From positions 288,001 through 352,000 of the forward strand of contig CAWCXJ010000008.1 of assembly GCA_963799485.1 (NCBI GenBank): DNA of 64,000 nt, in the 5' to 3' direction. Origin of the DNA: an uncultured Trueperaceae bacterium. GTDB lineage: Bacteria; Deinococcota; Deinococci; Deinococcales; Trueperaceae. The position numbers were made by a program, and so were the translations under genes. The notes under the pieces were generated by a model, which was not told the origin of the DNA, ran no database searches, and saw only the letters and a list, made by a program, of their open reading frames with translations. Position 1 is the first letter of the stretch; each line of letters begins with the position of its first letter. Positions 60,487 to 64,000 of this stretch are shown piece by piece.

Positions 60487-61860
60487 ATGACGCAACCAGA
60501 CAATACGAGCAAAAAACCGAGAATCGTCATTATCGGCGCGGGTTTTGTCGGACTCTACGCCACCAAAGCGTTGCGTAAAGCCGACGCTGAAGTCGTTCTT
60601 ATCGACCAGAATAACTACCACACATTTCAACCGCTGATTTATCAGGTGGCGACGGCGGGCCTCGAGCCCCAAGAGGTCGCCCAGGCCGTTCGCACCATCT
60701 TTCAGCGGCAAAAAAACCTGACCTTTCGACAAGCGACGGTTGAAGACGTCGATTGGGACGCCAAAACCCTGGCGCTCGTCGGCGGCGACACGCTCCCGTT
60801 CGACTACCTCATCATCGGGGCAGGCGCGGTTTACAACGACTTCGGCATTCCGGGCGTCAAAGAACACGCGTTTTACGTCAAGAGCCTGACCGAAGCCGTC
60901 AATATCCGCAGCCATATCTTGCGCCAGTTCGAGCAGGCCTCCGCCGACCCCAGCCTGATCGGTAAAGGCGCGCTCAACGTGGTGATCGTCGGCGGTGGGC
61001 CGACCGGGGTCGAGATGGCGGGGGCGTTGTCCGAGCTGTTCGGACGCGTGTTGCCCGGAGATTACCCCGACCTCGAGGTGTCGCGGGCGCGGATTATTCT
61101 AATTGAGATGCTCGATTATCTGCTGCCGCCTTACGGCGACAAGTCGCGCCACTACGCTGAGATGGTCTTGCGCGAACGCGGCGTCGATTTGCGGCTCGGG
61201 GAGGCGCTCGCCGAAGCGCGCGAACACGAGGTCGAGCTTAAAAGCGGGGAAGTTATCCCGTCTGGAACGCTGATTTGGGCCGCCGGGGTGCGCGGACATC
61301 CGCTTGTCGATGCTTTAGATGTCCCGCTCGAGAAGGGCTACCGCGTCAAAGTCAACCCCGACCTGAGCCTGCCCGGTCGCCCGTATGCGTTTGCCGCCGG
61401 GGACATCTCGGGGGCCAAAGATGAATCCGGCAAGCTGTACCCGCAGGTCGCGCAGGTCGCCATTCAGCAGGGACGGTTTGCCGCTAAAACCATCCTGAAC
61501 GAACTCAAGGGCAACCGCGACCGGGGCCGCTTCAGCTATTTCGACAAGGGCAACATGGCGATTATCGGGCGTAATGCGGGCGTCGCGGAGTTGTCCAAAG
61601 TCTTTCTCGGGTTGCGTCTGCGCGGGTTTTTGGGCTGGTTGTCGTGGCTTTTTATCCACCTCGTGTACCTGCCGGGCTACCGCAACCGCCTCGGCGCGTT
61701 GACCGACTGGGCGTACAACTACTTTACCTTCGACCGCCGCGCCCGCCTCATTACCGATATGACCCCATCTCCCGCCGAAGTTGCCGACCGCACCGACCAG
61801 AAAGTTTCCGACGTAGAAGCCTCGAGGCGGGGCCGAAAAGCGCAGTTTGCCGCCAAATAA
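60487..61860 (+). CDS. ndh: Type II NADH dehydrogenase
   Basis: Motifs IIGAGFVG, FQPLIYQVATA, VGGGPTGVEMAG, PQVAQVAIQQG and YFDKGNMA. Confidence 0.92.
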   Translation: MTQPDNTSKKPRIVIIGAGFVGLYATKALRKADAEVVLIDQNNYHTFQPLIYQVATAGLEPQEVAQAVRTIFQRQKNLTFRQATVEDVDWDAKTLALVGGDTLPFDYLIIGAGAVYNDFGIPGVKEHAFYVKSLTEAVNIRSHILRQFEQASADPSLIGKGALNVVIVGGGPTGVEMAGALSELFGRVLPGDYPDLEVSRARIILIEMLDYLLPPYGDKSRHYAEMVLRERGVDLRLGEALAEAREHEVELKSGEVIPSGTLIWAAGVRGHPLVDALDVPLEKGYRVKVNPDLSLPGRPYAFAAGDISGAKDESGKLYPQVAQVAIQQGRFAAKTILNELKGNRDRGRFSYFDKGNMAIIGRNAGVAELSKVFLGLRLRGFLGWLSWLFIHLVYLPGYRNRLGALTDWAYNYFTFDRRARLITDMTPSPAEVADRTDQKVSDVEASRRGRKAQFAAK

Positions 61861-61908
61861 CCAGGTTGACCGGACTATATTGACCGGACGATGGGGTAGC
61901 GTAGAGCG

Positions 61909-62739
61909 ATGAGCAATCAAGGCTTGACCCCTCACGCGCAGCAGGATTTTCTTCACACCGCAATTCGCGCCGCCCGCGCCGCCGCCCATATTCATCAGAG
62001 CGGCGTTGGGCAAGACCTAGACATCGCCACCAAATCGAACGAGACCGATCTGGTCACGCGCATCGACAAAGAGAGCGAAACGCGTATCCGCGAGATTTTG
62101 CTCACGGCCTACCCCGAACACGTCGTTTTGGGTGAGGAAGAAGGGCAAAGCGGCACGGGACAAAACGGTCAGGGTCTTTACCGCTGGATTGTCGACCCGT
62201 TAGACGGTACCCTCAACTACGCGCACGGGTTTCCCTTTTACTGTGTGTCAATCGGGTTGGAGGTTGACGGACGGCTCGAGGTCGGCGTCGTCTTGGATTC
62301 AGTACGCAACGAACTTTTTACGGCGGTACGTGGCGGCGGCGCACTCTTAAACGGTGCGCCTATCACGGTGACAAAAGAGACCGAACTGCGCCGGAGCATG
62401 TTGGCGACCGGTTTTGCCTACGACCCGGACACGGCAGCAGACAATATCGAGGTGTTTAGCCGGATGCTGGGCCGTTGCCGCACGGTGCGGCGTCCCGGCG
62501 CAGCCGCGCTCGATTTGGCCTACGTCGCGTGTGGGCGCGTCGACGGCTTTTGGGAACTCAAACTCAACGCGTGGGACGTCGCCGCCGGCGTCTTGCTCGT
62601 CACTGAAGCGGGCGGACGGGTCACGGGTGGGACGGGCGAGCCGTATGAACTTGGGGGACGGGTGCTGGTCTCGAGCAACGGCGCAATCCACGCGTCGCTG
62701 GTGGAAACGCTCGCGCTGCCCGCTTCTTTACGCCGATGA
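61909..62739 (+). CDS. suhB: Inositol monophosphatase family protein
   Basis: Motifs LGEE, WIVDPLDGTLNY and WDVAAG. Confidence 0.9.
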   Translation: MSNQGLTPHAQQDFLHTAIRAARAAAHIHQSGVGQDLDIATKSNETDLVTRIDKESETRIREILLTAYPEHVVLGEEEGQSGTGQNGQGLYRWIVDPLDGTLNYAHGFPFYCVSIGLEVDGRLEVGVVLDSVRNELFTAVRGGGALLNGAPITVTKETELRRSMLATGFAYDPDTAADNIEVFSRMLGRCRTVRRPGAAALDLAYVACGRVDGFWELKLNAWDVAAGVLLVTEAGGRVTGGTGEPYELGGRVLVSSNGAIHASLVETLALPASLRR

Positions 62740-63485
62740 ACACGCCCAAACGTCTGGTTCTAGACCTCGAGACGAAGCGTTCGTTCGCCGAGGTGGGCGG
62801 CGCAGAAAACCGCGCGCAACTCGGCGTCAGCGTCGTCGGGGTGTACGACTATGAAGGCGACCGGTTTCTGACCTTTCGTGAAGAACAGTTTGACGACCTG
62901 AGCGTTTTGCTCAAAAGTGCCGAAGAAATCGTCGGTTTTAATCTCATCGGTTTCGACTGGCCCGTGCTGGCGGCTGAACTCGGGCCGTGGGTCACGGAAC
63001 TCCCGACTTTAGACCTGATGTTCGAGGCGCAAAAGGCGCTCGGTCGGCGTATTTCGCTCGACGCGCTGGCGCAGGCGACGCTCGGCAGCAGCAAACTCGG
63101 GTCGGGGTTGGACGCTTTCGAATATTACCGCGCCGAAGATTGGGAGAAGCTCGAGCGTTACTGTCTCGAAGACGTTAAACTCACCCGCGATTTGTACGAA
63201 TATGCCCGCAAATACGGGCAGTTATTTTTTCAAAAAGGCCCCCGCCGCGCGCCTATCGCCATGAGCTTCGCCGAACACCCGCTCGCCCCGCTGTTTCGGG
63301 AGGCCGCTAAGACGCGCGGCAGCGTTCAGCTCAGTTACGGCGGCAAAACCCGGCAGGTTGACGTGACCTCGTTCGACGGGGCCTATGTGCGCGGCTTTTG
63401 TCATTTACGGCAAAAACAGCTGACGTTTCGGCTCGATAAGGTCGAAGACGCCGTAAAAGTGGCCTCGAGCACCCCCCTCTTTTAA
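62736..63485 (+). CDS. DEDD/RNase H-like (YprB-type) exonuclease fused to a C-terminal WYL-like domain
   Basis: Exonuclease motifs LDLET, GFN..GFD, LDL, SLDALA and YCLEDV. Tail VQLSYGGKTRQVDV...YVRGFCHLRQKQLTFRLDKV. Confidence 0.8.
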   Translation: MNTPKRLVLDLETKRSFAEVGGAENRAQLGVSVVGVYDYEGDRFLTFREEQFDDLSVLLKSAEEIVGFNLIGFDWPVLAAELGPWVTELPTLDLMFEAQKALGRRISLDALAQATLGSSKLGSGLDAFEYYRAEDWEKLERYCLEDVKLTRDLYEYARKYGQLFFQKGPRRAPIAMSFAEHPLAPLFREAAKTRGSVQLSYGGKTRQVDVTSFDGAYVRGFCHLRQKQLTFRLDKVEDAVKVASSTPLF

Positions 63486-63500
63486 GGTAGGCTGGCCCTG

Positions 63501-64000
63501 ATGAGTTATCCCCGCGAGAGCTTCAAACCGGGCGCGGGCGAGGTGCGTTCGCTGCGCCAGCGTTTGGGTCTGCGCGGTGAGCTGACGCTGGCACTTTTAC
63601 CGACTATAACCGTACTCGCTGTGTTTGCCTTTGTCGAAGTGCTGAGTCAGCAGCGGCTACTATTCGCCTCGCTTGCCTCGAGCGCGTTTTTAATCTACCT
63701 GGACCCGCAACACGGCATGAACAGCGTCCGCACGCTCGTTGTCGCGCACCTCATCGCCGCCGGTTTGGGCTTCGGCACTTTTGTCCTTTTTAGCGACGGT
63801 TACTTAGCAGGTGGAGCCGCCATGCTCGGCACCGTCGTGCTGATGATCGTTTTCGACAAGGTGCATCCACCCGCCGTCTCGACCTCATTAAGTTTTGCGT
63901 TTCGGGCCGGGAGTGCGAGCAACCTGTTACTTTTTATCCTGGCGATAGGGATTACGGTGTTGCTGGTAGGGCTCGAGCAGGTCGCTGTCTGGTTAGCCGC
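63501..64000 (+). CDS. HPP family membrane protein (3' partial)
   Basis: Manual translation gives LFASLASSAFLIY...VHPPAVST. Runs off the window. Confidence 0.82.
   Translation, partial: MSYPRESFKPGAGEVRSLRQRLGLRGELTLALLPTITVLAVFAFVEVLSQQRLLFASLASSAFLIYLDPQHGMNSVRTLVVAHLIAAGLGFGTFVLFSDGYLAGGAAMLGTVVLMIVFDKVHPPAVSTSLSFAFRAGSASNLLLFILAIGITVLLVGLEQVAVWLA

Overview
A GC-rich (about 60% by eye) bacterial chromosome segment. It most likely comes from a Deinococcota, Trueperaceae-like genome; this is inferred from the DUF503/DUF1999/moaC block and from many leaderless genes with a TAnnnT box 5-7 nt before the start codon. Housekeeping genes include metG (partial), proS, pyrF, moaC, a family-4 UDG, dtd, sdaAB/sdaAA, ndh, suhB, crtI and a DAK2/FakA gene. 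There are two Opp/Dpp-type ABC importer loci: one with an aminotransferase, CutC, an M81 peptidase, an MFS transporter and Gfo/Idh oxidoreductases, the other LacI-controlled with a frameshifted GH2 beta-mannosidase. Also present are a type III PKS/methyltransferase/FAD-monooxygenase cluster, BrnT/BrnA plus an orphan HicB, and an IS3 element abutting a truncated IS4 remnant. The most notable observations are: (1) a leaderless Met-rich leader peptide with terminator/antiterminator upstream of metG; (2) a ~2 kb island of paralogous small proteins with a CxxC leader-peptide attenuator beside an HTH regulator and ABC exporter; (3) a DUF692/MNIO enzyme with no visible precursor, coupled to a disulfide reductase; (4) a DEDD exonuclease-WYL fusion; (5) a solitary EVE/PUA-PD-(D/E)XK nuclease; (6) an OppC permease with an inserted binding-protein-like lobe; (7) strong over-representation of the palindrome CTCGAG. 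No rRNA, tRNA or CRISPR array was seen. All family calls come from motif recognition by eye, not from database searches.
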